The position numbers were made by a program, and so were the translations under genes. From Nostoc sp. DedSLP01 (GTDB taxonomy: Bacteria > Cyanobacteriota > Cyanobacteriia > Cyanobacteriales > Nostocaceae), in contig JAVRCJ020000006.1 of NCBI GenBank assembly GCA_034530875.2, forward strand, positions 96,001 through 160,000: a DNA stretch of 64,000 nucleotides. The letters run 5' to 3'. The notes beneath the pieces are model-generated. The model was not told the DNA's origin. It was given only the letters and a program-made list of their open reading frames with translations, and made no database searches. Positions 42,600 through 52,457 of the stretch are shown here, piece by piece (position 1 is the first letter of the stretch; every line of letters starts with the position of its first letter).

Positions 42600-43877
42600 A
42601 TGAAAAAATTGGTATTACCTGCATTAAGGTCAAGAAACTACCAGCTATTTTTTGCCGGACAAGGTGTTTCCTTGATTGGGACGTGGATGACGCAACTTGC
42701 AACGATTTGGCTAGTTTATGATTTGACAAACTCCCCATTAATGCTAGGAGTTGTAGGATTTTCGAGCCAAATTCCGAGCTTTTTTCTAGCCCCTTTTGGT
42801 GGAGTATTTGTAGACAGATTTTCTCGATATCGTACCTTAATTGGCACGCAAATCTTGGCGATGATTCAGTCGTTAGCATTAGCGGTGCTGGCGCTGACTG
42901 GGGTAATTCAGGTATGGCAAATCATCGCCTTGAGTTTGTTTCAAGGATTTATCAATGCCTTAGATGCACCAGCACGGCAAGCATTTGTGCCGGAATTGGT
43001 CGAACGCAGGGAAGATTTAGCCAACGCGATCGCCATTAACTCTACAATGGTCAACGGTGCGCGATTAATTGGCCCTGCGATCGGGGGTTTACTAATTGCT
43101 GGTATTGGAGTTGCCTATTGTTTTTTAATAGATGGTTTGAGCTACATTGCTGTTATCGCTGCTTTGTTGGCAATGAAAGTTAAACCTTGGCAAAATTCCA
43201 TCAATGATGGTAATCCCTTGCAAAAAGTTAAAGAGGGATTTGTATATGCCTTTAACTTTCCCCCAATTCGAGCAGTTTTATTACTATCAGCTTTAGTTAG
43301 CCTTATTGGATTACAAAATACTATTCTCGTACCAATTATTGCCGAAGAAATTCTCAAAGGTGGCGCAGAAACCTTGGGGTTTTTGATGGCGGCTTCTGGA
43401 GTTGGAGCCTTATCAGGTGGTATTTATCTCGCTACACGCAAAACAATTTTGGGAATTGGTAAATTCATTGCTTTAGCTCCAGCAATTTTAGGAATTGGCC
43501 TGGTTAGCTTTTCTTTATCTCGATTTTTACCACTTTCTTTATTCAGTATGTTATTTGTTGGCTTGGGAACAATTCTGCAAATTGCCGCTAGCAATACATT
43601 TTTACAAACAATTGTGGAAGAAGATAAACGCGGCAGATTGATGAGCTTATACACAATGTCATTTTTGGGAATGATTCCCATAGGTAATTTATTAGGAGGT
43701 GCATTAGCAAATCGGATTGGCGCTACCAATACTTTATTTTTTGATGGTATAGCTTGTATTATCTTCTCTATTATTTTTAGCAGGCAGTTACCTGCTTTAA
43801 GACAAATAATGCGTCCAATTTATCAGGAAAAAGGCATTTTAAAGAGTAATGAACCTGAAGATAAAAAATATCACTAA
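42600..43877 (+). CDS. MFS transporter (H+ antiporter-3 / DUF894-like)
   Basis: RNYQLFFAGQ, DAPARQAF, RLIGPAIGG; 12 TM helices. Confidence 0.9.
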   Translation: MKKLVLPALRSRNYQLFFAGQGVSLIGTWMTQLATIWLVYDLTNSPLMLGVVGFSSQIPSFFLAPFGGVFVDRFSRYRTLIGTQILAMIQSLALAVLALTGVIQVWQIIALSLFQGFINALDAPARQAFVPELVERREDLANAIAINSTMVNGARLIGPAIGGLLIAGIGVAYCFLIDGLSYIAVIAALLAMKVKPWQNSINDGNPLQKVKEGFVYAFNFPPIRAVLLLSALVSLIGLQNTILVPIIAEEILKGGAETLGFLMAASGVGALSGGIYLATRKTILGIGKFIALAPAILGIGLVSFSLSRFLPLSLFSMLFVGLGTILQIAASNTFLQTIVEEDKRGRLMSLYTMSFLGMIPIGNLLGGALANRIGATNTLFFDGIACIIFSIIFSRQLPALRQIMRPIYQEKGILKSNEPEDKKYH

Positions 43878-43934
43878 ATGTATAAAATATAATCATAAAT
43901 TTTTTGCTACTTCACCTTGAGTTGAAACAACACT

Positions 43935-45530
43935 ATGGCTAATACAGGTGTAATTCGTCAGCAAGGGCAAAATCCTGCTCTACCACCAGATCGGGTACCG
44001 CTAAGAACCTGGATTGGTGTATTAGCAAGTATGCTTGGTGCATTCATGGCGGTATTAGATATTCAAATCACGAATGCTTCCCTGCAAGATATTCAAGCCA
44101 GTTTAGGGGCAACTCTAGAAGAAGGTTCTTGGATTTCTACTGCGTATCTGGTTGCTGAAATTGTAGTAATTCCTTTAACAGGATGGTTATCAAGAGTCTT
44201 TTCTCTGCGACGCTATCTGTTAGTAAATACTGCATTATTTATTTTCTTTTCTATATGCTGTGCTTGGGCGTGGAATTTGAATTCAATGATTTTATTCCGC
44301 GCTTTACAAGGTTTTTGTGGAGGAGTACTCATTCCTACCGCGATGACAATTGTCTTAACGACCTTACCAGCATCAAAGCAATCAGTGGGGTTGGCTGCAT
44401 TTGGTTTTAGTGCAGTTTTTGCTCCATCAATCGGGCCGACATTAGGAGGTTGGCTAACTGAAAATTTTGGTTGGGAATATAACTTTTATATCAATTTAAT
44501 TCCAGGCGCATTAATGTTAGCTGGCGTTTGGTATGGAATTAAGCAAGAAGCAGCCCAAATTAGTTTACTCAAACAAGGTGACTGGTGGGGAATTATTGCA
44601 ATGGCGATCGGATTAGGTTCCCTGCAAGTTGTTTTAGAAGAAGGTAGCCGTAAAGATTGGTTTGGTTCGGCGTTAATTGTGCGTCTAACTGTAATTGCAG
44701 TAATTTTTCTAGCAATATTTTTCTTTATAGAATTAACTCGCAAACAACCATTTATTAATTTGCGGCTGTTGTTTAGGCGTAACTTTGGTTTAGCCAGTAT
44801 TGTGAATGTATCTTTGGGTGTAGGATTGTATGGTTCAATTTATATTTTACCGTTGTATCTTGCTCAAATTCAAAAATATAATGCGCTACAAATTGGTGAA
44901 GTATTGATGTGGGCTGGGATTCCGCAACTATTTATTATTCCTTTTATACCTAAATTGATGCAACGCTTTGATGTGCGTTTCATGGTCGCTGTTGGCGTAA
45001 CTTTATTTGCCGTAAGTGCATTTATGAATGCTGGAATGACTAATGAAACAGGATTAGATCAGTTACGCTGGTCGCAATTTGTACGCGCAATGGGACAACC
45101 TTTAATTATGGTACCTCTGAGTTCTATTGCCACTGGTGGATTAAGTCCAAAAGAAGCAGGTTCAGCGAGTGGTCTATTTAATATGATGCGGAATTTAGGA
45201 GGTTCTATCGGAATTGCTTCTTTGGCAACTTTATTAACAAATAGAGAGCAATTTCACTCCAATAGATTGGGCGATGGCATATCTTTGTATGACCCGACAA
45301 CTCAACAGCGAATTGACCAGATGACACAGTATTTTATCAGCCGAGGAGCAGATTTAAGTACGGCACAAAATCAGGCGATCGCATCTATATCAAATATTGT
45401 ACGTCGCGAAGCATTTGTCATGGCTTTTAACGATTGTTTCTACTTTATTGGCATTGCTTTATTACTAAGTGGAATTGCCATTTTATTCTTTAAAAAAGTC
45501 AAGGCAAGTGGTAGTGCTGTCGCTCATTAA
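43935..45530 (+). CDS. DHA2 family MFS efflux permease (EmrB-like)
   Basis: FMAVLDIQITN, WISTAYL, GPTLGGW, RNLGGSIG. Confidence 0.93.
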   Translation: MANTGVIRQQGQNPALPPDRVPLRTWIGVLASMLGAFMAVLDIQITNASLQDIQASLGATLEEGSWISTAYLVAEIVVIPLTGWLSRVFSLRRYLLVNTALFIFFSICCAWAWNLNSMILFRALQGFCGGVLIPTAMTIVLTTLPASKQSVGLAAFGFSAVFAPSIGPTLGGWLTENFGWEYNFYINLIPGALMLAGVWYGIKQEAAQISLLKQGDWWGIIAMAIGLGSLQVVLEEGSRKDWFGSALIVRLTVIAVIFLAIFFFIELTRKQPFINLRLLFRRNFGLASIVNVSLGVGLYGSIYILPLYLAQIQKYNALQIGEVLMWAGIPQLFIIPFIPKLMQRFDVRFMVAVGVTLFAVSAFMNAGMTNETGLDQLRWSQFVRAMGQPLIMVPLSSIATGGLSPKEAGSASGLFNMMRNLGGSIGIASLATLLTNREQFHSNRLGDGISLYDPTTQQRIDQMTQYFISRGADLSTAQNQAIASISNIVRREAFVMAFNDCFYFIGIALLLSGIAILFFKKVKASGSAVAH

Positions 45531-45690
45531 AAGGCCGAATGAGTGTGGAATGCTTCCGTCGTAATGAATAAGGGCATTGGGTACTTTATCCTTATGAAAA
45601 AGGAGACGAGGTACATTTAGCGAGTGTTGATTTTCGTTGTGCCATTGCAGCAATATATAAAGATGTAACAGTAGTAAAGGATAATAATTT

Positions 45691-46449
45691 TTAATCCAAC
45701 ATTTCTGGGTCAATTCCTAAAGCATTTAGTTGTTCAACAGAAAGATTACGCAATTTCTCTACAATTCTTTCTCGCTTTTGTCGTTCAACTTCAGCGCGTT
45801 CTTCACCTGTTAGCAGTAAATTTCCTTGTGCATCCCACCACCGCAACCAAGGTAACTCTGCATTCTGATATAAACCCTGCCAAATTCCCAACTCTACCCC
45901 TAAAGGAGCAATTGGGTAATGTCCTCTTTCATTGGGTTTCATTAGTTGATAAGTAAAATCGGTGAGATGATACACCTCAACCTGAGCTTTTGCTACTTCA
46001 TAAATTCCATAATAAGGCACTCGAATTGCCTGCTCGTAAACCCAAAACTTGCCAACATTTCCACTTTCTCCTTGAGATGGCGGTGTTTTATCTCGTTCTT
46101 CTGAACCATCTCCAGAGACAAATTCCAACACAATTAAAGGTGCAACATACTCCTTCCACAGGACATAAGAACGCCGCATTTTACCATCGAGAGTAGGCGG
46201 TACATTGGGTACATAAAACCAATCTGGTGCCTCTGCGCCCTTTTCAGGAGGATCTGTTAATCGCCAGTAAATACCAGAATCTTGTCCAATACAATATTGT
46301 CCGTCAGGATGACGTTGTTCCAGAACAGGTTTAATTGAATCTGTAATTAAGATACTTTGGGGATGCTCCTGAAGATTTTTCACAAATTTACCATCTGAAT
46401 CTGGTAACTGAGTGTGGTCAGGTAAAGTTAATGCCGATAAGGAAGTCAT
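45691..46449 (-). CDS. Uma2 family endonuclease (close paralog of 22495-23205)
   Basis: LPDHTQLPDSDG, APDWFYVP, PLIVLEFVS. Confidence 0.92.
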   Translation of the reverse strand: MTSLSALTLPDHTQLPDSDGKFVKNLQEHPQSILITDSIKPVLEQRHPDGQYCIGQDSGIYWRLTDPPEKGAEAPDWFYVPNVPPTLDGKMRRSYVLWKEYVAPLIVLEFVSGDGSEERDKTPPSQGESGNVGKFWVYEQAIRVPYYGIYEVAKAQVEVYHLTDFTYQLMKPNERGHYPIAPLGVELGIWQGLYQNAELPWLRWWDAQGNLLLTGEERAEVERQKRERIVEKLRNLSVEQLNALGIDPEMLD

Positions 46450-46628
46450 AGGCTTTAACCGAGATTATATTTATATTTTGTTTATTATCTTAATAAATCT
46501 AACAAGCTTTGTTTCATAGAGTACTTGATATTTATGAATTTTGCACTCGTTAAATTTGCAATTAAGTATGCTTTTTGAATTCATGTAACTATATAGCAAT
46601 GGTTTAGATTTGTTTCACCAATTGAAAA

Positions 46629-47324
46629 TTAATAGATGGTAAGAAAAGATTTAAGCGTATTGAGTAATGGTTGTATAAATATATCCACTATTGGCTTTGT
46701 AAAACTAAGCAGAACCCCAATAGCAATCGCAAAAACAAAAGCCTGTTTAACAGAATAATTTTCTATTTTTTTCTCCATATCATCCAAACGTTTTACTAAA
46801 TAAGGAAGAGAAGAAACTAAATCAGGACTATTAATTAAGTCGGTTGGAATTGAATCATAACCTATCTTGTTTCGTGGATTTTCGTCTGCTTTATCCAAGT
46901 CTGTATACCATATAGCAAAAACCCTCTCACCTCTTCCTACATGAAAGTTAAGAGGCCCAGCATTATAAACAGCAAAAATTAGTTTTCCACTATAGCCAGG
47001 ATCGACATGAAAACCTGAAACATTGATCAGTCCACTTGATTTAAATTTAAATTTAATCGAAATAAATGCAAGTGCATTGTTAGGAACTTTGATTATTTCA
47101 GAAGTCATCAGAAATGCAAACTGTCCTGGAGGTATAGCAACAGTTTCTTTCTCTTTTAAAAGAATTTTTTTCCGATCTTTCAAAGGTGTATCAGGAAGGG
47201 CTGAAATATAAATTTCTTCCCCTAAACACAATTCATACGATGCAGACTGAATTTGATCGGCATTAAATGGTTCAATTAAATTAGGAAGATGAGATCTCAA
47301 AGTTTGTGATGACCAAAAACTCAT
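46629..47324 (-). CDS. dCTP deaminase/dUTPase-fold protein with C-terminal TM helix
   Basis: QSASYELCLG, IPPGQF, VDPGYSG, GERV; hydrophobic tail AFVFAIAIGVLLSF. Confidence 0.8.
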   Translation of the reverse strand: MSFWSSQTLRSHLPNLIEPFNADQIQSASYELCLGEEIYISALPDTPLKDRKKILLKEKETVAIPPGQFAFLMTSEIIKVPNNALAFISIKFKFKSSGLINVSGFHVDPGYSGKLIFAVYNAGPLNFHVGRGERVFAIWYTDLDKADENPRNKIGYDSIPTDLINSPDLVSSLPYLVKRLDDMEKKIENYSVKQAFVFAIAIGVLLSFTKPIVDIFIQPLLNTLKSFLTIY

Positions 47325-47854
47325 TTGTTTATCCGCAAGATATCGTTTAGTGAATGTTTTATCTCCACAGAGGCTAAACGTCGTCTAGACTCTTCTAAAA
47401 TAGAAATATTTCGTGAGTGTGCTTCACGAAGTAGAAGGTAAAAAAACTTTCGTATATTTCTATTCCAGGTAGCTCGAATCGGGTAATCTTCTTGGTGATC
47501 TGTTGCTTCACAAGCCTTAGCGAGTTCAGCAAGGAGCAGAATATATTCATCAATGAAATTACCGTTAATAGAATTAATTTTATCAATCAGCAGCTCTTTT
47601 GCTAAATAAATTCCTAATAAGTTACTTGCAGAAACAATCATTATAAATGAATCAATAAATGCCCTATTGTTTTCTGCTGCTGATATAGGTATAGATGAAA
47701 GAATTCCGAGATATTTAACGAGATGCAAGGCAATATGATTCATTCGCCTAGAAATATCAAGTACAACTATTTCATGATGGTAAATTTCATCATGCTTCAT
47801 TTGTAGACGTTGATAAGCATTTAATTCTTCAGTTGAAATTAGTTTGTTTAACAT
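47321..47854 (-). CDS. Hypothetical all-alpha protein, possibly degenerate MazG-like NTP pyrophosphohydrolase fold
   Basis: LNAYQ start and LHLVKYLG / AFID / AELAKACE spacing resemble MazG-type helices; ATGA overlap with the Dcd-like gene. Confidence 0.5.
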   Translation of the reverse strand: MLNKLISTEELNAYQRLQMKHDEIYHHEIVVLDISRRMNHIALHLVKYLGILSSIPISAAENNRAFIDSFIMIVSASNLLGIYLAKELLIDKINSINGNFIDEYILLLAELAKACEATDHQEDYPIRATWNRNIRKFFYLLLREAHSRNISILEESRRRLASVEIKHSLNDILRINK

Positions 47855-48096
47855 GACGTTTACACTGATTTAATTCTTAAAATTTAGTCAGCCTATCTCC
47901 CTTAATTTAGGTATTTAGAGAGTTAGAATAACAATTTTGTATTTGACACCCTCATATTAGTGACTAAACAGACTGTAATCTTTACAACACCTTTAAATGA
48001 GTGATTAAACTGATAGCTTTTTTATAATACATCAATAAGTATAAAGAGGTATAAAGTTACCGCAAGTCATCTGTAATCTAATTAACAGTAGCTCAA

Positions 48097-48192
48097 TATA
48101 GCATTTCCTGTTATGGTGAAGTACAAGGTAGAAGCGAATAGCTTTGCGCCTCTACAAATTTCTGTACCTCAATTTGATTGGGAACCGTTATA
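48097..48192. mobile_element. MITE-like element with GTAG hairpin (same architecture as 9441-9533)
   Basis: TATAGC...GTTATA ends; gtagaagcg...cgcctctac hairpin. Confidence 0.55.
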
Positions 48193-48319
48193 ATAGCATT
48201 TTTTCTTTTATTATCCTTAAATATTACTTGAAAAATGTTATTAGTTTACAGTGATTATTCTACCATTCAACAAGCACAGAATTTGATTTTGTTATATTAT
48301 TTGAAATCTCGTATTTTGT

Positions 48320-49453
48320 CTATACTATAGAATTTAAGTTTAAAGATAATTCCTGAAAATTACTATTATTCAGTTGTTGCAGATTATGAATACTGAAATT
48401 TGGCAATTTATACTCTAAGCCTTGTTTTACTTTGCTGTTAATTCGCCATTTAGGTGGATAAAAATAATCAATGGGTTGAGGCGTTGAAATAAATTTAGAC
48501 TTTATCTTTTTACGATTACTTTTCAAATCAGGAAAAGCTGCTCGGCAGTATTTATCAGTTTCACAAAATAAATTTTGACAGTCTATAGCCTGTAGCGGAC
48601 GACCCCAAAGTGATTGAAAATTTAATCCCAAACGCTGAAATTCTTTCTCTTGATTTTCAGTCATCCAATGAATAACATCTGTATATGTTTTACCTTCTGT
48701 ATCAATAAAACATTTGTTAATACCACGTTCGGCACCTGGGCCTGCTATAGTAAAACTATTCTCGTCAAAGTTGATAATTTCACTATAGTTAATATCTGTG
48801 GCTAATTGGTAAGCCATAAACTTACCCAATAAGGGATATTCTTGAATTATTTGAAAAACAGCTTCAAAACTTTTGGCTTTGACTATGTTATTTACTACCC
48901 TATCTTGGACAACCATTTTATCAATTAATGCTAAATGATTTTGGTGTTTTTTATCATAACCGAACTCTTTGCTGGCACAAGACATATAGGCACTAGTATA
49001 AATAACATACCCAAGATTCATCGCTTCTTGCAAGATGTTTGAATATACATTAAAATCAAAGTTAGATAATGTAATATAGTCGCCTATTTGTTTCTCTAAA
49101 TATTCCCAGGTTTCTATCTTATTAAAGATTTTAAATAGTAAAATTCTGAAGATTACTTCTTCTTCATTTTTGCTTCTATTATCATCATAAATTACGTTTT
49201 TAATCAGATATTGTGAAACGCGATCGCTTGCTCGATATGCGTTACAAAACTTATAAGTATTAATAATGGGATCGCTTGTCCAAGGCGGTGGTAGATTGTT
49301 AATTTTGTTGAAAAATACTTCTTGGCGCATAGCAGCAAATCGCCAATAGGTATCAAAAATTTCTTGTCTTACTCGCATATACTGTTCTCTTGGCTTGCGC
49401 TCATCAGTTTTGCCTCTAGAAATCTGATTATACGACAACTGTCGTATAATCAT
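48320..49453 (-). CDS. 5-hmdU DNA kinase-like / aGPT-Pplase1-family helical protein
   Basis: RQ...PPPWTSDPII..YKFCNAYRASDRVSQ, FKIFNKIETW, FMAYQLATD, GPGA..G, QNLFCETDKY. Confidence 0.75.
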   Translation of the reverse strand: MIIRQLSYNQISRGKTDERKPREQYMRVRQEIFDTYWRFAAMRQEVFFNKINNLPPPWTSDPIINTYKFCNAYRASDRVSQYLIKNVIYDDNRSKNEEEVIFRILLFKIFNKIETWEYLEKQIGDYITLSNFDFNVYSNILQEAMNLGYVIYTSAYMSCASKEFGYDKKHQNHLALIDKMVVQDRVVNNIVKAKSFEAVFQIIQEYPLLGKFMAYQLATDINYSEIINFDENSFTIAGPGAERGINKCFIDTEGKTYTDVIHWMTENQEKEFQRLGLNFQSLWGRPLQAIDCQNLFCETDKYCRAAFPDLKSNRKKIKSKFISTPQPIDYFYPPKWRINSKVKQGLEYKLPNFSIHNLQQLNNSNFQELSLNLNSIV

Positions 49454-49529
49454 CTACAGCGATCGCATTTTTGACAAACTACCTTCAAAGCAAATGTTTT
49501 TAACTTTTATCTCTTGAAAAATATAACTT

Positions 49530-50198
49530 TTATGAAATACTAGGATCGTCTGCTTTTTTTATTTCTTCCAAGATTTTTTGAACTTGATTAACTTTTTCAT
49601 TTCTATTCTGTTCTTTAAAAATATTTAAAGCTTTCTCTAGAGAAGAGATTGCCTCATCTTGTTTATTTGTTTGCCACATTGCCAGAGCAAAGTTAGTTAG
49701 TGCTTCAGCATAATTCGGATTAATTTCTAAAGCTTTCTGGTATTGAGAAATAGCGTCTTGCCAGCGATTGTCGCTAGCATAGACCATACCAATAGCATTG
49801 TAGGCTAAAGCATATTTTGGCTGGAGGCGGATCGCTTCTTTGTAGGCGCTAATTGCTTCTTCTGATTTCTTTTGCCGAAAAAGTACGTTTCCTAGTTGAA
49901 AGTGTCCAAAGGCATCTTTAGGAAATTGTTTAATGAATTTGCGTAAATTTTCCTCTGCACCCTTCAAGTCTCCTTGATTGTACAAAGCATTGGCTTGTTG
50001 GAGAATTTGCGATCGCTCTGATGGCCCTTGGTCTGAAAATTGCGCTAGTTTCTGTATTTGTCTTGTGGGATACTGTTGAGGCGAATGCAAAGAAACTGCT
50101 AATACTGATGGTGATAGACCAATTGCAGTGATGATACTCAGTGTTATGCAGCTCAAAGGTTGAACAAATGCTGATTTCAGTTTGTTGTTCGCTTTCAT
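49530..50198 (-). CDS. Exported tetratricopeptide repeat protein
   Basis: Signal peptide + TPR units (EAISAYKEAIRLQPKYALAYN). Confidence 0.9.
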   Translation of the reverse strand: MKANNKLKSAFVQPLSCITLSIITAIGLSPSVLAVSLHSPQQYPTRQIQKLAQFSDQGPSERSQILQQANALYNQGDLKGAEENLRKFIKQFPKDAFGHFQLGNVLFRQKKSEEAISAYKEAIRLQPKYALAYNAIGMVYASDNRWQDAISQYQKALEINPNYAEALTNFALAMWQTNKQDEAISSLEKALNIFKEQNRNEKVNQVQKILEEIKKADDPSIS

Positions 50199-50286
50199 CG
50201 CCCTGAATGCCTCAATAGTGTTCTAATACTTATGATAAATTGCAGGTGCGTTACCAGGTAACGCCCCACAATTAATCTAGAAATTG

Positions 50287-52260
50287 CTACGCGCCTTCGC
50301 GCAATTTATCCAACACGCCTCTATCTTCTAAGGTAGAAGTATCGCCAGATACTTCTTCTCCCGCAGCGAGATTTCGCAATAATCGCCGCATAATCTTACC
50401 CGATCGCGTTTTCGGCAAAGCATCCGTAAAGCGAATTTCTCCAGGACGGGCGATCGCACCAATTTCTTTGACAACGTGTTGCTTGAGTTCTTTACTCAAT
50501 TCCTCACTTCCCTGGTAAGTGCCTTCTAATGTCACAAAAGCAACTACCTCTTCTCCTTTGAGTTCATCCGGCTTACCCACTACCGCTGCTTCTGCAACTG
50601 CTGGATGGGAAACTAAGGCTGATTCAACTTCCATTGTACCGAGTCGGTGTCCTGATACATTCAATACGTCATCAACGCGACCCATTACCCAGAAGTAACC
50701 ATCTTCATCGCGTCTAGCGCCATCACCAGCAAAATAAGTATAGTTCCCATCCTTGGGGGGGATGTGTTCCCAATAGGTGCGGCGGAAGCGTTCCGGATCG
50801 CCGTAGACTGTCCGCATCATTCCCGGCCAAGGATGGCGTACTGCTAAATAACCGCCTGCATTGTTGGGTACGGCATTTCCTTCTAAATCTACGATGTCTG
50901 CAAGAATTCCGGGGAAGGGAAGAGTTGCAGAACCGGGTTTAGTGGGAATTGCCCCTGGTAGGGGTGTAATCATGATACCGCCAGTTTCCGTTTGCCACCA
51001 AGTATCAACGATGGGACAGCGATCGCCACCAATCACGCGATGATACCACATCCAAGCTTCGGGGTTAATCGGTTCGCCGACGGTTCCCAGCAATCGCAAC
51101 GAAGATAAATTTCGCGCCTTGGGATGTTGTTCGCCCATCTTAATAAATGCCCGAATTGCCGTAGGTGCGGTATAAAAAATATTGACGCCGTATTTTTCAA
51201 TCACATCCCAGAAACAACCGGGATTAGAAGCACGGGGCGCACCTTCATACATGATGGTTGTTGCGCCGTTGGAAAGCGGGCCGTAGACAATGTAGCTGTG
51301 TCCAGTAATCCAACCTACATCGGCAGTACACCAGTATACATCTGTATCTTGCAGATCGAAAATCCACTTGGTGGTGATATGGGTATACAGATTATAGCCA
51401 GCAGTTGTATGCACCACACCTTTGGGTTTGCCCGTACTGCCGGAAGTGTAGAGGATAAACAGCATATCTTCGCTGTCCATCGGTTCGGCGGGACAATCTG
51501 CCGATGCATTTTTTTGCAGTTCGTGCCACCAATGGTCGCGTCCGCCTGACTGCATATAAGTTTCTTGTCCGGTGCGCTTGACAACAAGGACATTTTCTAC
51601 ATTGGGAACAGCACCGTTAGCTAAGGCTTTATCTACCTGTTCCTTGAGAGGAACGATCGCATCTTTGCGCCAGCCACCATCAGCAGTAATTACCAACTTA
51701 GCTTTAGCATCAATTAAGCGATCGCGTAAAGCTTCGGCACTAAAACCACCAAATACAACGCTGTGGGGTGCGCCAATTCTGGCACAAGCTAACATGGCGA
51801 TGGCAGCTTCGGGAATCATTGGCATATAAATACCAACGCGATCGCCTTTTTGTACGCCTAGTTGCTTCAACACATTGGCAAACTGACAAACTTCTCGGTG
51901 CAATTGGGCGTAGGTAAGGGTACGCGAGTCTCCTGGTTCGCCTTCCCATATCAGTGCAGCTTTATTTTTGCGCCAAGTAGTGAGGTGTCTGTCAAGACAG
52001 TTGTAAGAAATATTCATCTTACCGCCAACAAACCACTTAGCAAAAGGCGGTTGCCAATCTAGGACTGTATCCCATTTTTGGAACCAAGCTAATTCTGTAG
52101 CTGCCAAATCTGCCCAAAATTGCTGCGGATCGGCTTTAGCTTTGTCAGAAAGGCGCTGATAGTCTTCTAAGCTTTTGATATGGGCGTTTTGTGAAAATTC
52201 CGGGCTAGGATGGAAAAGGCGATTCTCTTGTAGGATTGATTCTATGGTTGGTTGAGACAT
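50287..52260 (-). CDS. acs: Acetate--CoA ligase
   Basis: [32 protein letters not shown]. Confidence 0.98.
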   Translation of the reverse strand: MSQPTIESILQENRLFHPSPEFSQNAHIKSLEDYQRLSDKAKADPQQFWADLAATELAWFQKWDTVLDWQPPFAKWFVGGKMNISYNCLDRHLTTWRKNKAALIWEGEPGDSRTLTYAQLHREVCQFANVLKQLGVQKGDRVGIYMPMIPEAAIAMLACARIGAPHSVVFGGFSAEALRDRLIDAKAKLVITADGGWRKDAIVPLKEQVDKALANGAVPNVENVLVVKRTGQETYMQSGGRDHWWHELQKNASADCPAEPMDSEDMLFILYTSGSTGKPKGVVHTTAGYNLYTHITTKWIFDLQDTDVYWCTADVGWITGHSYIVYGPLSNGATTIMYEGAPRASNPGCFWDVIEKYGVNIFYTAPTAIRAFIKMGEQHPKARNLSSLRLLGTVGEPINPEAWMWYHRVIGGDRCPIVDTWWQTETGGIMITPLPGAIPTKPGSATLPFPGILADIVDLEGNAVPNNAGGYLAVRHPWPGMMRTVYGDPERFRRTYWEHIPPKDGNYTYFAGDGARRDEDGYFWVMGRVDDVLNVSGHRLGTMEVESALVSHPAVAEAAVVGKPDELKGEEVVAFVTLEGTYQGSEELSKELKQHVVKEIGAIARPGEIRFTDALPKTRSGKIMRRLLRNLAAGEEVSGDTSTLEDRGVLDKLREGA

Positions 52261-52457
52261 AGTTTATCAGCGCGATCGCTATAGTTACTAAAAACTATTC
52301 TTAGCCCAGTTATGGTGTAGTGTGTTTAGATTTTCATTAAGCTGGGTGGAAATTGCTGAGTTATTAGTCATTCTGTGCGTCTGTGCGTCTCCCTCATTTT
52401 TTCCACTTACCACCCTCGATTGCTAAAACTAACGTCAGTAAAGTCGAGCTTAGACGC

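Noticed and set aside
46629..47324. Housekeeping dcd, or the known anti-phage dCTP deaminase
   Set aside because: Catalytic positions appear substituted and it has a TM tail; no HxE/PCxxC zinc-deaminase motifs
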